A stretch of DNA of 64,000 nt from an uncultured virus (IMG/VR IMGVR_UViG_3300043427_002205) (taxonomy: Duplodnaviria; Heunggongvirae; Uroviricota; Caudoviricetes). Within the stretch, counting starts at the first letter, position 1, and every line of letters starts with the position of its first letter. Location of the stretch: the IMG/VR virus record IMGVR_UViG_3300043427_002205, one strand, 5' to 3'. The notes under the pieces are model-generated. The model had not been told where the DNA came from, ran no database searches, and saw only the letters and a program-made list of their open reading frames with translations. Of the stretch, positions 47,167 to 59,381 are shown piece by piece. The position numbers and the translations under genes were made by a program.

Positions 47167-47178
47167 TAAGTTGTACGT

Positions 47179-47757
47179 TTAATGTAAGTCAACCCAAGCT
47201 GTGCCATTATAAACACGCAACTTGTTTGTTGTACTATTGTAATATACATCACCGGCTTCTTCTCCGGACGGATCTGCCGACAACGGAACAAATCGAACTT
47301 GTCCGGTAGGCTTAACTATAGCACGTTCAATAAAAGAATTTAGAGAACTTCCGCTAGGACCTGCTGGAGTGGTTTTTAGTATAACTGAGCCGCCATTGGC
47401 GTTTCCTGTACTTTGTCCACCGCCAATAGTCATATCATTTCCGGCAGAATTTGTTCCACTTCCTGAAAATGCCAAAATGCTATTGCCGATAGATGCAGAA
47501 GACATTTCTCTTCCTAAATAGAGTATAAACAACGAGCTTCCGGTTGTCGGAGCAGAAGTAAAAACAATTTGTGTGCCTCCATTAGACAAAGAATATTGAA
47601 TATTTGGCTGTTGTATTGCACCAGCAAGAACTACCAATATAGAGGCGGCTGTTGATACTTTATAGGTCAAATTAAATGTAGTTAGCACACTATTAGGCGT
47701 TAAAACCTGAGTGTCAAACTGACCATACGGCACATCTCTGCCAATATAATTGCCCAT
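47179..47757 (-). CDS. Tail fibre-associated virion protein
   Basis: YIGR start, TTFNL...ILVVLAGAIQQP...IVFTSAP module, C-terminal GDVYYNSTTNKLRVYNGTAW. Confidence 0.7.
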   Translation of the reverse strand: MGNYIGRDVPYGQFDTQVLTPNSVLTTFNLTYKVSTAASILVVLAGAIQQPNIQYSLSNGGTQIVFTSAPTTGSSLFILYLGREMSSASIGNSILAFSGSGTNSAGNDMTIGGGQSTGNANGGSVILKTTPAGPSGSSLNSFIERAIVKPTGQVRFVPLSADPSGEEAGDVYYNSTTNKLRVYNGTAWVDLH

Positions 47758-47758
47758 A

Positions 47759-50284
47759 TTATGAAGCCCTTATTATGTAATTTATGACTGTGTATGGCAC
47801 GTTTATTGCGGTGCCTGAAGTTAGAACTGAAGAATTTTCTGTCATGTTTGTGCTAGGTGTGCCGCTAGTCATTGCTGCATTACCATCTACGCCGCCAGTG
47901 ACTAGACCAATAGCACCAGAGAATGCCCCCGATAAGTGAGTATGTGAGCCGCCAGTATCTTGTCTATTTGTTCCAGCATCTAATGCGTTTATGGTTAAAG
48001 TGTGGCTGTGAGCTGCTATTGTATGATTGTGGGTAGGATCACTTACAGTTATTCCAGGAGCTTCAGCATAAATTACGTGAGCATGATTTATATTGGCTGA
48101 AGCTGTTGTAAATGTGTGAGTGTGTATACCATCGTCATCAATATCACTTCTATCAGTTATGCCCGTTGACGCAGAACTTTTTAAAGAAAGTACAGTTCCA
48201 GATCCCGCAGCACCCTCTACCCTAAGTGCATGATCGTGACTTCCTGCTTGATTCGTTGTTCCTGTGTGAGAGTGTGCAGGATCGGCAGCAGCAGTTGCTC
48301 CTCCGTGACTATGGGCTCCCTGAGACGCTGTTATTCCAGTTCCATTAGAGCTTGTTGATAGCTGACCCGAATCGGTGAGAGTGTGTGTATGAGTATGGTT
48401 TCCTATATCAATAGTTGTCGTATGAGAGCCACTACTAGTAATGTTTAGTGTTGCGCCAGCTCCCATACCGTGAAAGTGTGCGGGTAAAGAGTGCGTGTGA
48501 TTCGACATGCCATGAGCATGTGCCGGAACCGTATGTGTATGTGTTAAACTTCTAGAAGATTCTAGTATGCCATCTGTATTTCCAATTGGAGTTCCACTGC
48601 CGCTTCCTATAGGAACACGGCGTCTCATATCTGGAAGATTAAAATTGGCACCAGATCCTCCGTATGCATACCCAATAGCTGCGTGTAAAGCTGGATACGC
48701 TGTCACAAAGTATGATGAACCGTCACACAAAACCCAGTTAGAATTTGGCACACCTCCTGCTGGCCATATCATCATTGTGCCAATAGGAACTAAATTATTC
48801 ACTAGAGTTTGCAAATTACTGACTGTTGTGTTCAAAGCAGATACATCAACTCCATCTACGGTGCCGCCAACTGTAATATTGCCGGTAACATTTGCGGTTG
48901 CTGAATTTAATTGTCCAGATAAATGAACATCAGTAAACTTCTTTGTGCTTGACCCAAGAGCTATTGTTGATGTTGTCTCTGGTGCTATCTGAGTAGAACT
49001 TATATTTACTGTAGTGGTTCCAGCTATTGCAAGCTGTGCTGTAGTTGGAGTATTTAAAACAAGCTGGTCTGAACTATTAAGAGTCAATGGCGAAAATATT
49101 GTTGTTCCATTAGATCTATAGCTTCTAAGAGATGTATTATTATTAAGTAATATTTTATCTGCGGTTACTGAATCTGCCGCAAGTTTAATGTTAGTTACTG
49201 CGCCAGATGCAATTTTGCTATCTATTACCGCCGATGTTGCCAATTCTGCTGTGCCAATACTACCTGCCGCAACAGGACCAGATTGCCCCGGAGATAACAC
49301 AGCCCGTCTACTTACTGTGGAGAAGCCGAGGTGCAGAACTCTTATTTTAGCTCCGCTTGCAGGAGCAACCCTAAACTTTATTCTGTTTGGCACTAAATCT
49401 GTTCTTAATGCATAATCAGAATCGGCTGTCACTGAAGTTCCGTTCCACTCTTCACCTTCTTGAACTGAGCCATTTACCGAAACTAAAATTGCTTTGCTAT
49501 TAACTGCATCTTGAGTTAACACAAATTCAGTGTTTGTTCCATTAACCACATTTGCTGGTGTGGTGGCCGGAGATTCAGAGCCCACTATTTGCTTTGTGAA
49601 ATCTCTTAAGTTTTGACTCAATTGATTTGGACCAACCGAGTTATCAGATGGTACCAAATTATATGTTGCATCGCCCTTGTGCACCACGTAAATTTTATCA
49701 TCCAACTTTGGTATTTTGGAAAATGTAATTTGTTTATTTAAATTTGCGCCGGTGCCGCCAATAGTATAGTCGACATCTGGCTCTAACACTTCCCAGAAAC
49801 CAGAATATCCTCTCGATACTGTAAGTGAATCGCCACTAACCGCATTTACGCCCTGTGATCCTGGTCGGGCTAACGTTATAGTAATAGTAGAGCCATCATA
49901 CGTGCAACCAAGTATTTTGAATGTGCCATTATTAACAGTATTAGGAGAAGTAAACCCAGAAAGAGTTAGTGACTGATCTACATCGGCATATAATTTAATG
50001 CCCTCTTTTATATCAGATAGTGCGGCAGCAACAGATGCATTAGATGATTGAATTGTCCAGGTTGAACCCGATGCTCCTCCTGGAGTAGTTATTGCGCCAG
50101 ATATGCTATTAGTTATCAGTCTCTCGGTTATATATGACTGTTTAAAAACATACACATTGCCTTCATAACCACCAGGAACTTCTTGACTTAGTGTAAATGT
50201 GGTTGTGCTATTGTCTGGAACAATGTCATCTCTAACATTAGAGCCCAAAACTAAAAGTGTTCTGCCGTTACCAATATATGCCAT
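47759..50284 (-). CDS. Tail fibre (gp12/gp37-like) with tail-collar domain and His-x-His needle
   Basis: VPIGTMMIW...WVLCDG...YPALHAAIG..YG...FNLPDMR (collar), many HxH motifs, PYTVINYIIRA end. Confidence 0.85.
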   Translation of the reverse strand: MAYIGNGRTLLVLGSNVRDDIVPDNSTTTFTLSQEVPGGYEGNVYVFKQSYITERLITNSISGAITTPGGASGSTWTIQSSNASVAAALSDIKEGIKLYADVDQSLTLSGFTSPNTVNNGTFKILGCTYDGSTITITLARPGSQGVNAVSGDSLTVSRGYSGFWEVLEPDVDYTIGGTGANLNKQITFSKIPKLDDKIYVVHKGDATYNLVPSDNSVGPNQLSQNLRDFTKQIVGSESPATTPANVVNGTNTEFVLTQDAVNSKAILVSVNGSVQEGEEWNGTSVTADSDYALRTDLVPNRIKFRVAPASGAKIRVLHLGFSTVSRRAVLSPGQSGPVAAGSIGTAELATSAVIDSKIASGAVTNIKLAADSVTADKILLNNNTSLRSYRSNGTTIFSPLTLNSSDQLVLNTPTTAQLAIAGTTTVNISSTQIAPETTSTIALGSSTKKFTDVHLSGQLNSATANVTGNITVGGTVDGVDVSALNTTVSNLQTLVNNLVPIGTMMIWPAGGVPNSNWVLCDGSSYFVTAYPALHAAIGYAYGGSGANFNLPDMRRRVPIGSGSGTPIGNTDGILESSRSLTHTHTVPAHAHGMSNHTHSLPAHFHGMGAGATLNITSSGSHTTTIDIGNHTHTHTLTDSGQLSTSSNGTGITASQGAHSHGGATAAADPAHSHTGTTNQAGSHDHALRVEGAAGSGTVLSLKSSASTGITDRSDIDDDGIHTHTFTTASANINHAHVIYAEAPGITVSDPTHNHTIAAHSHTLTINALDAGTNRQDTGGSHTHLSGAFSGAIGLVTGGVDGNAAMTSGTPSTNMTENSSVLTSGTAINVPYTVINYIIRAS

Positions 50285-50302
50285 AGCACAATTCTTTTAA
50301 AT

Positions 50303-50641
50303 TTATACGTCTTCTATCAATGAAACCACAACATCAACAGTTGAGCCTGCCGTATCGCAAATAAGCTCTAGTGCATCTAGCGACTCTAAAACTATTTTTT
50401 GACCATCTATTACTTGAATAGAGGAACCTACAGGAACTGGAGCATTTTTTACCAAGAATGCATAAGTTGATGTGCTGTTGTCTTTGACTCGTATGGAAAT
50501 CTGAACCCCGCTGTTTGCAATATTAGCAACATCACATTGTATCAGATATGATGTCTTTGTTGCCGGTGAAGCATACACTTGTGTCCAAGTGTTATTAACG
50601 CCAGTTTTAATTGCATTTTTGAAAATTCCGGTTGCTGCCAT
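50303..50641 (-). CDS. Small virion protein
   Basis: FKNA...VYASPA...VANI...KIVLE..D.L; a recurring tail-cluster protein pattern. Confidence 0.65.
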   Translation of the reverse strand: MAATGIFKNAIKTGVNNTWTQVYASPATKTSYLIQCDVANIANSGVQISIRVKDNSTSTYAFLVKNAPVPVGSSIQVIDGQKIVLESLDALELICDTAGSTVDVVVSLIEDV

Positions 50642-50644
50642 AAG

Positions 50645-51097
50645 TTAACTCATTGCTATTGCTCTAATTAAAATTCTTCTAGACTCATCATCGTAAATTG
50701 TATTTATAGCATTTACTAAACTGATTGATTTGAGATTTTCATATGCTAAGTTAGAAAAAGTTGCTGGTATTTTAGTCTCAATTCTTAATGAAGTATCTGA
50801 ATATATTGCAGCAACACGACTTTCTATAGCTGTAGTATTTATAGTTATTTTAATTATATCACCAACTTCAACACCAGATTGAAAGAATGTGCCAGAGCCG
50901 GTTATTGTATATGAATTTATATTTCCGGAAACTGTTCCTACTCTTGCTGTAGCTGAAGTTAATTGTGATAAAAGGGTTGAGCTTAAATCATTTAAATCAC
51001 CTTCTTCTCTAGCCGCAATATTTGTCTTTTGAACCCAAACATTGAAGTTATCTTCATATTGTGTATATTTTTCTATGTTGGTTTTAGGATCTGCCAT
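50645..51097 (-). CDS. Baseplate/fibre connector-like virion protein
   Basis: DNFNVWVQKTN...GDL..L, SLVNAIN, AIAMS end; contains an inserted beta module. Confidence 0.6.
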   Translation of the reverse strand: MADPKTNIEKYTQYEDNFNVWVQKTNIAAREEGDLNDLSSTLLSQLTSATARVGTVSGNINSYTITGSGTFFQSGVEVGDIIKITINTTAIESRVAAIYSDTSLRIETKIPATFSNLAYENLKSISLVNAINTIYDDESRRILIRAIAMS

Positions 51098-51329
51098 TTG
51101 TTAATATATCCAATATTTTATTCATAGAAGTTTCTAGAGCTGTCATTTTTTGTTCAATGTTATTTATTCTATTTTCTACATCAAGTTCGGCTTCTCTCTT
51201 TCTTTTAGCCAATTCTTTATTCTTTTTATGTAAAGAATATGCAGTATTGTCAATGTTTATTACGCCATTGCTATTGGCATCTCTAACGATTGAATTTGTA
51301 TCTTCAAATTTTAAATATCTATTACTCAT
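51084..51329 (-). CDS. Conserved hypothetical protein following the VrlC-like gene
   Basis: [15 protein letters not shown] plus a coiled-coil C-terminus. Confidence 0.7.
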   Translation of the reverse strand: MSNRYLKFEDTNSIVRDANSNGVINIDNTAYSLHKKNKELAKRKREAELDVENRINNIEQKMTALETSMNKILDILTNGRS

Positions 51330-54300
51330 CTAACGCAATCATTCTAAAATTCATAACTCTTGGTGCTCTAGCCGGATTACCACCACGCATAACCAGTTTT
51401 GCCTGAACCGCCACAAATGATGGAAGGTCACTCAATATCGAAGAATACTCTGAAAAATCACCAGAGAATAAATTCGGTGCTGGAGTAGCTGGCGAAATAG
51501 TTCCATTTATATCAATATTAAATTCGGCTTTTGTCCAGTTAATGGTGTCCATTGCCTGAATTGAATTTTCCGGCTTTAATTTATAATATAACTCAAATTC
51601 ACAAGTTGGGTCTCTTGAACCATCAAACATAATTTTTAGTGCATTTGATGGTCTGCTTAGAGATAATGTTTTAGTTACATATTTAGAACTGCAACTTCCA
51701 TTAGTTGGAGATATTTCATCAATATATCTGTCTAATTGAATTATTGTTACTGCGCTTACATTTTCACTTCTATAGTAGCCACCACCAGATACAGAAACCA
51801 ATGGCGCAGCAGTTAGATTTAAAGATATGTCTGATGCTCTACTAGCTACAGTTCCTATCAACTGACCAGAAGAATTGTATAGCTGAAGCCCAACAAAAGC
51901 TGTGGTGAATGTGGTGCCAACTCCAGTTACGGTAAATGGACTAGTTGCAGTTGTTGTAATTGTACCAGCTTCTAAATTGGCCGCAGGATTATATAAAGTC
52001 TTAAAATCAATTTCAACTTCAATATATTTTGGAGACCCTAAATCAGAATCTACAACTGTATTATTTGGCGTATAACTAACTTTTAAAACTCTAGCTTTAT
52101 CGGCTTCAGTTATATTTCTAGTTAATGCTCCATTAGATTTTGCACCAGAAATTTTTATATATTTTCCTACATCTAAATTGCTTAAATGCTTCGCAACAGA
52201 TGCATTACCCGATTTTATTATTGTATTTCTAGGATTTATATATAATTTAGTTCCTGGAGTAGCACTAAGTGAAATATCAACTAAAAATTCAGTATCACTA
52301 ATTACACTAGTAACTCGTCTGGTGTCATTCTGATCTGTTTTAACAATATCTCCGACACGAAGTTCAGATAAGAATTTAGTACCTGTTCCGGTTATTCTAG
52401 TGCTTTTAGCGGTGCCAGAAATATCTCCGGTTGCGGTTGGACTAGAATAAGAAAAGTGTATTGAGCCTGTAGTGGCCGCAGGAGCAATAGATGTCGGTAC
52501 AACCTGATAGTCATCATATGCCGCATTTATTATAGATGCGTCAAGTAAAGGATCGCCAATTCCTTTAGGATTATCTAGTCGATGAGATGCCAAATATGCG
52601 GTCATTCTAGACTCATCAATAACTGGCGATACATCTGAATTAGAACTCTTCAACACCGCTCTGATATTAAGAGATTTTCTATCTCCAATTTCAATCTCAG
52701 AAATTACGGTTGATGGACCACTAATAGCTTGATTTGTCGGATCAGTTGTACTTCCAGAAGGTGGAAGTTCATTAATATAAGACCCAATGAGCATTGGATC
52801 ATTAAATATTAATCTCTCATTCGGCAAAAATTCTACAGGATTTGTATATACATATTTTCCGTTAATCTCAACTTTACTAGGAAATTTTATATATGTAGAT
52901 GTTGTAGAATCATGAACGCCGCAACCGCTGGTTGTTTGCGCATACCAAGTTATAGAAGTATCTTGCACTTCTAGCGGAGTTGTGATCAACGTCATTTCCT
53001 CAAATCGCTTATTTTCGGTAGCTAAAATTCTGCTACCACCATATTTTCCTGAAACGATTGATGAGTTGTTGAAGCTGGCACTTCTTTGCTTTAAATCAAT
53101 AATATAATAATCTAATTCAGTTCTCTTAATGTCATAGCCACGATAATCATAGAACAACTCAGCATCTATAACGCCACCAAAATTTGCGCCAGTTGGAACG
53201 CCATACGTTGTACCTAAAAACCCAGAAAGCCCAGTAAAATCTGTATTAAATTTAGATGCAATAGTCAAAGAAGTTGAGCCTGGTGTGCCAACGACTCTTT
53301 TTTGTTCTCCGGTTATTGGATGTCTAATAAAACTATTTTCAACCAACCCAGCAAAAGTTCCTCCAGTTATAGTCACAGAAGTTAGATTTGCGCTAACCAA
53401 GCCAGAAATTGTCAAATCATACACTGGAGAAAATACAACTTTACTCGATAGACCAATCGCAGGACTAACTCTAGCCGTCGTGTGTCCGTGATTTGGATGT
53501 AAAATTCTAACTTCTGATGATCCATTAACAAATTCAACTGGATCTGAAGTTAACAATTTAAAATCCAACTCATCATTTACATAATCTATTTCTGCACTGA
53601 TAGAAGTGTCAAATTGAGCTTTCCAGATCTTGAACTTAATCGTGTCATTTTCCAATTCAATCCAGTTAAATCCGTTTTGAGATTTAAAAAATGCTCCTTC
53701 TATAAACTTTTCAGTTATAGTTTTGTCAGTGGTGCCAATTTCAACGCTGGCCTCTCGATCTTCTTCTTTTTTAGTTAAGTCAGGACCAAATTTAGAATAC
53801 CAAACATAATATTCATCGCTGTCTGATGTTAACACAAAGCAATAATACTTTTCTCCTCGCAAATATAGTGGCGATTCAAAAGTAAATCTTGTGGGCACCA
53901 TTTGAGATGTGGCTTCTCCTAAATGTTCAAACTCTGACCCATTTGAGCGAGCTGATGTCGAGCTATAAATATTTACCGGTGAAGCTGCACTAAGTGTTGC
54001 CGGAGCATTAGATTTCAGTGTGATCTGAGTCGGACTATCAACAACATCAACAATTCCTATAAATCTGTCGTTCACATACAAAGAAGAACCAGGAGGAGTT
54101 GCTGTTACACTAAAGCTAGTTCCGGTGCCAGTAATGATCTTAGATGATATGCTTGAGCTTATTGTTCCGGATAATAGAGTTTTACCCACAGCAACGCCAT
54201 TTATCCAAGGTCCGGTTGTTGCTGGCACTGCTGGTATTGTTGAGTCTTGACCCAAATTTCCGGTTATTGTCATTTTAGCCGGACCAACGCTATTTACCAC

Positions 54301-57300
54301 AACTTCTGGCATTTCTTTTAGAACCACGCTCATTGGCAAGATTCTAACTGATGGTAAACCTTGGTCTCCCATCTCTCTAACCTCTAGAGAAACTGGAGGT
54401 TGAAAATCACCAGTTGGTTTTTTGCTAAAAAATACATCGACCGAGGTAATAAAACATCCGGCCTTCTCATACACATAAAAACTTTGTGCCAAAGGATCTC
54501 TAGGACAAGGATCGGTGTATGATAAAACATTTGATGTTACAATAGAAATATCTTTGGCGCTTTCTACTTTATTCTGCGCAATCGTAAATAGTCTAGTTGA
54601 GTAGGTTGTTTCTTGCTTAGTGTCAATCCAGCCTCTAGCTGTGTATTTAACTTGACCAGCAGATTCTGGAGATGGATCTAAAATATTACCTGAGCTTGTG
54701 GTCAATCTAAAAAATCTATCTCCGGTTTTAAATCGTATTGTGCTATTATTTGGTATTGTAAATATACCTTCAATCCTACCACGACCGTCACAAATTAAAG
54801 GATCATTATTTTGGCCATAAACGCCAGTAGTTAAATTTTTTGGTCTACAATATGCAGAAACATCTACGCCATCAAAAAACGGATAAACCCTAGTTCCTGG
54901 TTTAAATGTTTTTCCTTTGAATTCAATATCTCTAGAGCGAATGTACTCAATTAATGATGTATCTATGACCCTACTTCCCATTGATATTGGAGCAGAAAAG
55001 CCCAAATCTTGAAATGTGGATGTGAATGATGTCGTTATTTCTTGACCACTCATTGTTGTGGTTGTTCTTAGTTCATCTGCAATAAATGTTTTTGTGCCAA
55101 CTCGAACTTCAGCGCCAGAATTAACATAACCAGCAGGAGCAGGCAATGTCGCTTCATTTTGCTTCATTTTTTTCCATTGCTGGTTGCTCTTTCCGTACAT
55201 GTCTTTAAATTCAGACCTGCCGAGCTGCACTATTTTTTGTCTACCTGTAGGTTCAGTAGTTGTAGAACTAGAAATCCAGTTATTGAATGTTGTTTGGTAA
55301 TCTACTTTTGTGCCACTAACGCCGTAGGTATTTCTAGTGGCGTTCCAGAGAGATGAATCTTGAACGTTTAATGGTTCTGCATATTTTACCTCTCGCCACT
55401 CATCTGTCCAGGGGGTTATCGATACATTTCCAAGATAAACTGGAACATTTGATGGATTAACACTTATTGAATTGCTCGCCTTTGTCTGCGATTTCATTTC
55501 AACATTAGAATATGGCAAAGTATATAATTGTCCAGTTTTTTGATAGTTGTTATTTGCCCTATAATTATCAATTGCGTTATCTCCGGTCTGTAAAAGTGCC
55601 TTTTCAGATAAGTGAACGGCATCTTCATATATAATCGGACGCATAACGCCTAAAGTTCTGTCTAAGCTACACAGATAATCAGATGAACCAAGATCGCTAG
55701 ATGTAAAAGATTTAAAGTTATCAACTAAAAATCCATTTTTAAATCTATCGAATCCGGCAGCATCTTGAATTTTTAATGCACTAGTGTCTTTCTCTAATAG
55801 CGAAAGTGTTGTGTAATACTCAAGATTTTTTATTCTCGCCTCTAATTTTCCAATATCACGCATTGTGTAGCGCTTATTATCTCGCATTCTTGGAAAAATA
55901 TTTTTAGGCGATCCTGTATATGGCTGCAACTCTAGCTCATATAAAGTCATTCCGTTATCTGGATCATCTGGAAAAAATGCCTCTTCATTAGGACTTCCAG
56001 ATTTAATTGAAAATTCTCCTAGATAATTCAAAATTAGTTTATCTTTTCTAGGCAAATAGAAGTGATAATCACAGGTGAAATTTGTTTTTGGTATGCCCAA
56101 TGAAGTTGCAAATGTAGAATTGATTCCTCCTGCGCCAACAATCGGCCTAAAATCAAGACAGTCTGAGAGTGAATAAGATGTGCCATCTGATGCAACATAC
56201 TCAGGAATTTCTGAGTAGTCCATAGATGGAGTAGCACCGGAAAAAGGATAAGAATTTACTGAAAAGTAGTCTCCGGTTGTTGTGTTATGTGTAAAATAGT
56301 CAAACTCAACTCGCACCTGCCCTCTTGGTCTTTCTACACCAGGTCGCAGAGTAACCTTTGCTATGTCGTAGTAATAGTCACGCTGGCCATTATCTAATAT
56401 ATAAAGTCCAGTTATATCTTTATGTCCCGACGGAAGAGTCTCAAGAGTACTTGGGGCAGTAGAGTAAGATGGACTTTCAACTATTCGTGTAAGTCTAAGA
56501 ACATCTGGCTTACCCAAGCTAATTTCATTCACGTCAGCGCCAGAACTTACCGCAAATCCATCGCCCTGATATGTTCCTCCACTAAATGAGCCCTTTATTA
56601 GAGTTTTAATTCTCTCTTTAGATGCTGCTCCACTCGGAGTTGACTCCAACCCACCACTCTTTCGTATGATAGAATGAATTTGAAATGTTCCAGTAGTTCC
56701 TGACGGAAGAGTTATCTGCAAACTTGATGGTTGAGCATTAACAAAACAAGTTCCGGCGGCAGGACTACCCCCAGAAGCGGGCAATACCTGAAGCCACTGA
56801 GAAGTGCTTTCATTTATTACAGCATAATTAGAAATAGAAAAATTTTCAAACTCTGTTCCAGTTTCAGGGCTCAGTGATAATACATTGCTAGTCGGAGAAA
56901 TGCCAAAGTCTGTTTTCCGTACAGTATACTTAGCATCTATCATTGTACCATCAGGTGAACCGTCTGATGTAGCTCCCCTTAATGTAGATACAAATTCATC
57001 TGGCAATTTATACAATAGACCCGCATTTGCAGAATTTGTTCTTAGTGTTGCATATAGATAATCTATATTTGAACCATCTGGCCAAGAAGATCCTCCAACC
57101 GATGATGACAATTTCAATATTGTATCGGCGCTAGGATTTTCGGCAACCTTATAAATCGCAGATGTTGCTTGTCCAGAATTTATTTCTACATAATCCCCGG
57201 CAGATAAAATTTCTTGAGGGTCATTTCTCCACACCGTTCCAGCGCCAACGATAATTGTATTATCTGATCCCTGCGCAAGACTAAATGTCAATGTTGTGGC

Positions 57301-59364
57301 ACTTGAGGTTGTTGTTGCATTTGCACTAAGAGTTATTTGAGTTAAACTTCCAGAAGTAATAGAAAGAATTGTTGCAAATGGAGAAGTTTCCCCCTGTGCA
57401 GTAACCGACATTCCCACCCTAAGATTTGAGTAGGTGGTGGTGCCTGTGATTGTGGTAGACGCCGCAGAAGATGACGTTGAGAGGTTGTATGTGCCGGTTC
57501 CTCCTGTTCCTGTGCCCAATGATGTTATAGTAGTTCCGGTAGTAACATTTGCGCCACTAATAGCTGTGCCCACTGCCAAAAACCCAGAAGTGACTGCACT
57601 TACGGTCAATACTGTTCCAGATATAGATCCTGTAACAACCGCAGTTGTTATTCCAGCCGATATATTTCCAGAAACTATATTTACGGTTGCACTTCCCGAT
57701 GTGGTTGAACAGGTTCTAGTTGTAGAAGTTACTGACCGAGAAACAGACCCAGTGAGCCTATAGCGGTCAAGACGAACATCACATGTAAATGTCGGAGCAT
57801 TTGAATATACTGATTTAACTTTTTCAAACTTGGTGTCACCAATCATTTCTATATTAAATAAAAATAATTGATAAACTCGATTATCTACAGTTGTGCCGCT
57901 TTCTTTGAAACCACTATAAAAATCTACGGCAAGAACTCTTGCAGTTCCTATTTTTGTTCCAGATTGAGTTCCCGGAATTGATATTGGTTGGTCATACAAA
58001 TCTACCGTGTCATAAGTTTCTGGCCTAAGTGCACCATACATATTTTGCACAAATATGTACGTGCCCAACGGAGTATCTGTTGTCTTATTGTTTCTATACT
58101 TTGTCGTTCTTGCTTTCTTAAAATCAACTATTGCGGTAGATGCCTTTTCAATTCTATAGCCTTTGACGTATGCTCTGCCAGGATCAACTATTATGCTAAG
58201 ACGCTCTCTACACAGTCTAAAAAATTCATCTGAGGTGTTTCCCGGAACCCACCCACCAGCATATGTTGCTGCCGCAGGAACCTCTAGCCCAAAAATTTCA
58301 GTTGATGCAAGCTCGGCTTCTGCTTGAGTTGAATATATAAATTCAGATATGTTGTGACCACCATTTGCGCCACCTTCACTGAGAAAATTTTTAATCTGAA
58401 TTTGAAATGGTATTACAGTATAGTCTCCAGACTCATCATATGTTCTGGTAGCCAAAGTCTTATCTAATTCACTGTATCGTGTTTCAGGAACACGAAGCCT
58501 AACGTTACCATCAATTATTTTGACAAGCTCTACAAAATTTTCTTCTTCAGCATTCAAGTCTAGCTGCATGGCCTGAGCATCAATGTGAAGTCGATCTGCT
58601 CCGGGTCCACCAATATTGGGTGTTCCGGTAGCATTGTCTAAAAGAGAATTATCATCTGTCCAAGAAATGACACTTTCAATAAACTTTAAGCCAATTTTAG
58701 CTGTTGGTCTAACATTCCATGCCGATGGAGTGGCAATATCAGATTCAATTGGAGTTATAAAAACTGTTTGCTCATCAACTAAAACGAATCTTCCTCTGTA
58801 AAAATAAACTCCAGACTCAATTTTTACCGACTGTACGGCTCCTACAGAAAATTGTGCTGTTGATATATTGGCATTTAAAACTAATGCCGGATTTGTTTCA
58901 ACCGTTGAAACAACCTGACCTTCAGAAAACCTCTGTTGAAGCCCTGTGGTATCTGCTATTGTGTATGTTAAGAATAATCTGACTAACCCGGCAGAATTTA
59001 TTGGCTTATATCCAATAACAACAGCAGAAATTCCATTTACGCTTTTAATGGTTTTTCCGATCCAGTAAGTCTCAATTTCAGCATTTGAAGATGTTTTAGC
59101 TGCGCCAGAGCTTTCAACTAAAATAAAGCCAGCGGCATTATTAATCTTTACTGCTTCTCCTTTCTGGGAAAAATTTAATACCAAAGATCCATCTTGAAAA
59201 ATATGTTTTCCAAAACGATTAATTTGATTTTGAAGTTGCGTCTGAATCTGATTTAGCTCTCTAGCCTGTACCGCTCTTCCAGGACGAAAAAGTATTTGAT
59301 AGAATTTTTTATTCTCAGAAAAATCATCGAAGTACGGAGATTGATTCAGATTTACAGTTGTCAT
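51322..59364 (-). CDS. Giant baseplate/virion structural protein (VrlC/DUF4815-like), 2680 aa
   Basis: NQSPYFDDF...[79 protein letters not shown]. Confidence 0.9.
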   Translation of the reverse strand: MTTVNLNQSPYFDDFSENKKFYQILFRPGRAVQARELNQIQTQLQNQINRFGKHIFQDGSLVLNFSQKGEAVKINNAAGFILVESSGAAKTSSNAEIETYWIGKTIKSVNGISAVVIGYKPINSAGLVRLFLTYTIADTTGLQQRFSEGQVVSTVETNPALVLNANISTAQFSVGAVQSVKIESGVYFYRGRFVLVDEQTVFITPIESDIATPSAWNVRPTAKIGLKFIESVISWTDDNSLLDNATGTPNIGGPGADRLHIDAQAMQLDLNAEEENFVELVKIIDGNVRLRVPETRYSELDKTLATRTYDESGDYTVIPFQIQIKNFLSEGGANGGHNISEFIYSTQAEAELASTEIFGLEVPAAATYAGGWVPGNTSDEFFRLCRERLSIIVDPGRAYVKGYRIEKASTAIVDFKKARTTKYRNNKTTDTPLGTYIFVQNMYGALRPETYDTVDLYDQPISIPGTQSGTKIGTARVLAVDFYSGFKESGTTVDNRVYQLFLFNIEMIGDTKFEKVKSVYSNAPTFTCDVRLDRYRLTGSVSRSVTSTTRTCSTTSGSATVNIVSGNISAGITTAVVTGSISGTVLTVSAVTSGFLAVGTAISGANVTTGTTITSLGTGTGGTGTYNLSTSSSAASTTITGTTTYSNLRVGMSVTAQGETSPFATILSITSGSLTQITLSANATTTSSATTLTFSLAQGSDNTIIVGAGTVWRNDPQEILSAGDYVEINSGQATSAIYKVAENPSADTILKLSSSVGGSSWPDGSNIDYLYATLRTNSANAGLLYKLPDEFVSTLRGATSDGSPDGTMIDAKYTVRKTDFGISPTSNVLSLSPETGTEFENFSISNYAVINESTSQWLQVLPASGGSPAAGTCFVNAQPSSLQITLPSGTTGTFQIHSIIRKSGGLESTPSGAASKERIKTLIKGSFSGGTYQGDGFAVSSGADVNEISLGKPDVLRLTRIVESPSYSTAPSTLETLPSGHKDITGLYILDNGQRDYYYDIAKVTLRPGVERPRGQVRVEFDYFTHNTTTGDYFSVNSYPFSGATPSMDYSEIPEYVASDGTSYSLSDCLDFRPIVGAGGINSTFATSLGIPKTNFTCDYHFYLPRKDKLILNYLGEFSIKSGSPNEEAFFPDDPDNGMTLYELELQPYTGSPKNIFPRMRDNKRYTMRDIGKLEARIKNLEYYTTLSLLEKDTSALKIQDAAGFDRFKNGFLVDNFKSFTSSDLGSSDYLCSLDRTLGVMRPIIYEDAVHLSEKALLQTGDNAIDNYRANNNYQKTGQLYTLPYSNVEMKSQTKASNSISVNPSNVPVYLGNVSITPWTDEWREVKYAEPLNVQDSSLWNATRNTYGVSGTKVDYQTTFNNWISSSTTTEPTGRQKIVQLGRSEFKDMYGKSNQQWKKMKQNEATLPAPAGYVNSGAEVRVGTKTFIADELRTTTTMSGQEITTSFTSTFQDLGFSAPISMGSRVIDTSLIEYIRSRDIEFKGKTFKPGTRVYPFFDGVDVSAYCRPKNLTTGVYGQNNDPLICDGRGRIEGIFTIPNNSTIRFKTGDRFFRLTTSSGNILDPSPESAGQVKYTARGWIDTKQETTYSTRLFTIAQNKVESAKDISIVTSNVLSYTDPCPRDPLAQSFYVYEKAGCFITSVDVFFSKKPTGDFQPPVSLEVREMGDQGLPSVRILPMSVVLKEMPEVVVNSVGPAKMTITGNLGQDSTIPAVPATTGPWINGVAVGKTLLSGTISSSISSKIITGTGTSFSVTATPPGSSLYVNDRFIGIVDVVDSPTQITLKSNAPATLSAASPVNIYSSTSARSNGSEFEHLGEATSQMVPTRFTFESPLYLRGEKYYCFVLTSDSDEYYVWYSKFGPDLTKKEEDREASVEIGTTDKTITEKFIEGAFFKSQNGFNWIELENDTIKFKIWKAQFDTSISAEIDYVNDELDFKLLTSDPVEFVNGSSEVRILHPNHGHTTARVSPAIGLSSKVVFSPVYDLTISGLVSANLTSVTITGGTFAGLVENSFIRHPITGEQKRVVGTPGSTSLTIASKFNTDFTGLSGFLGTTYGVPTGANFGGVIDAELFYDYRGYDIKRTELDYYIIDLKQRSASFNNSSIVSGKYGGSRILATENKRFEEMTLITTPLEVQDTSITWYAQTTSGCGVHDSTTSTYIKFPSKVEINGKYVYTNPVEFLPNERLIFNDPMLIGSYINELPPSGSTTDPTNQAISGPSTVISEIEIGDRKSLNIRAVLKSSNSDVSPVIDESRMTAYLASHRLDNPKGIGDPLLDASIINAAYDDYQVVPTSIAPAATTGSIHFSYSSPTATGDISGTAKSTRITGTGTKFLSELRVGDIVKTDQNDTRRVTSVISDTEFLVDISLSATPGTKLYINPRNTIIKSGNASVAKHLSNLDVGKYIKISGAKSNGALTRNITEADKARVLKVSYTPNNTVVDSDLGSPKYIEVEIDFKTLYNPAANLEAGTITTTATSPFTVTGVGTTFTTAFVGLQLYNSSGQLIGTVASRASDISLNLTAAPLVSVSGGGYYRSENVSAVTIIQLDRYIDEISPTNGSCSSKYVTKTLSLSRPSNALKIMFDGSRDPTCEFELYYKLKPENSIQAMDTINWTKAEFNIDINGTISPATPAPNLFSGDFSEYSSILSDLPSFVAVQAKLVMRGGNPARAPRVMNFRMIALDE

Positions 59365-59381
59365 ATTTGTATAACTTTATG

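Noticed and set aside
38909..50284. Diversity-generating retroelement or invertible tail fibre cassette
   Set aside because: No reverse transcriptase, recombinase or TR/VR-like nucleotide repeat pair seen
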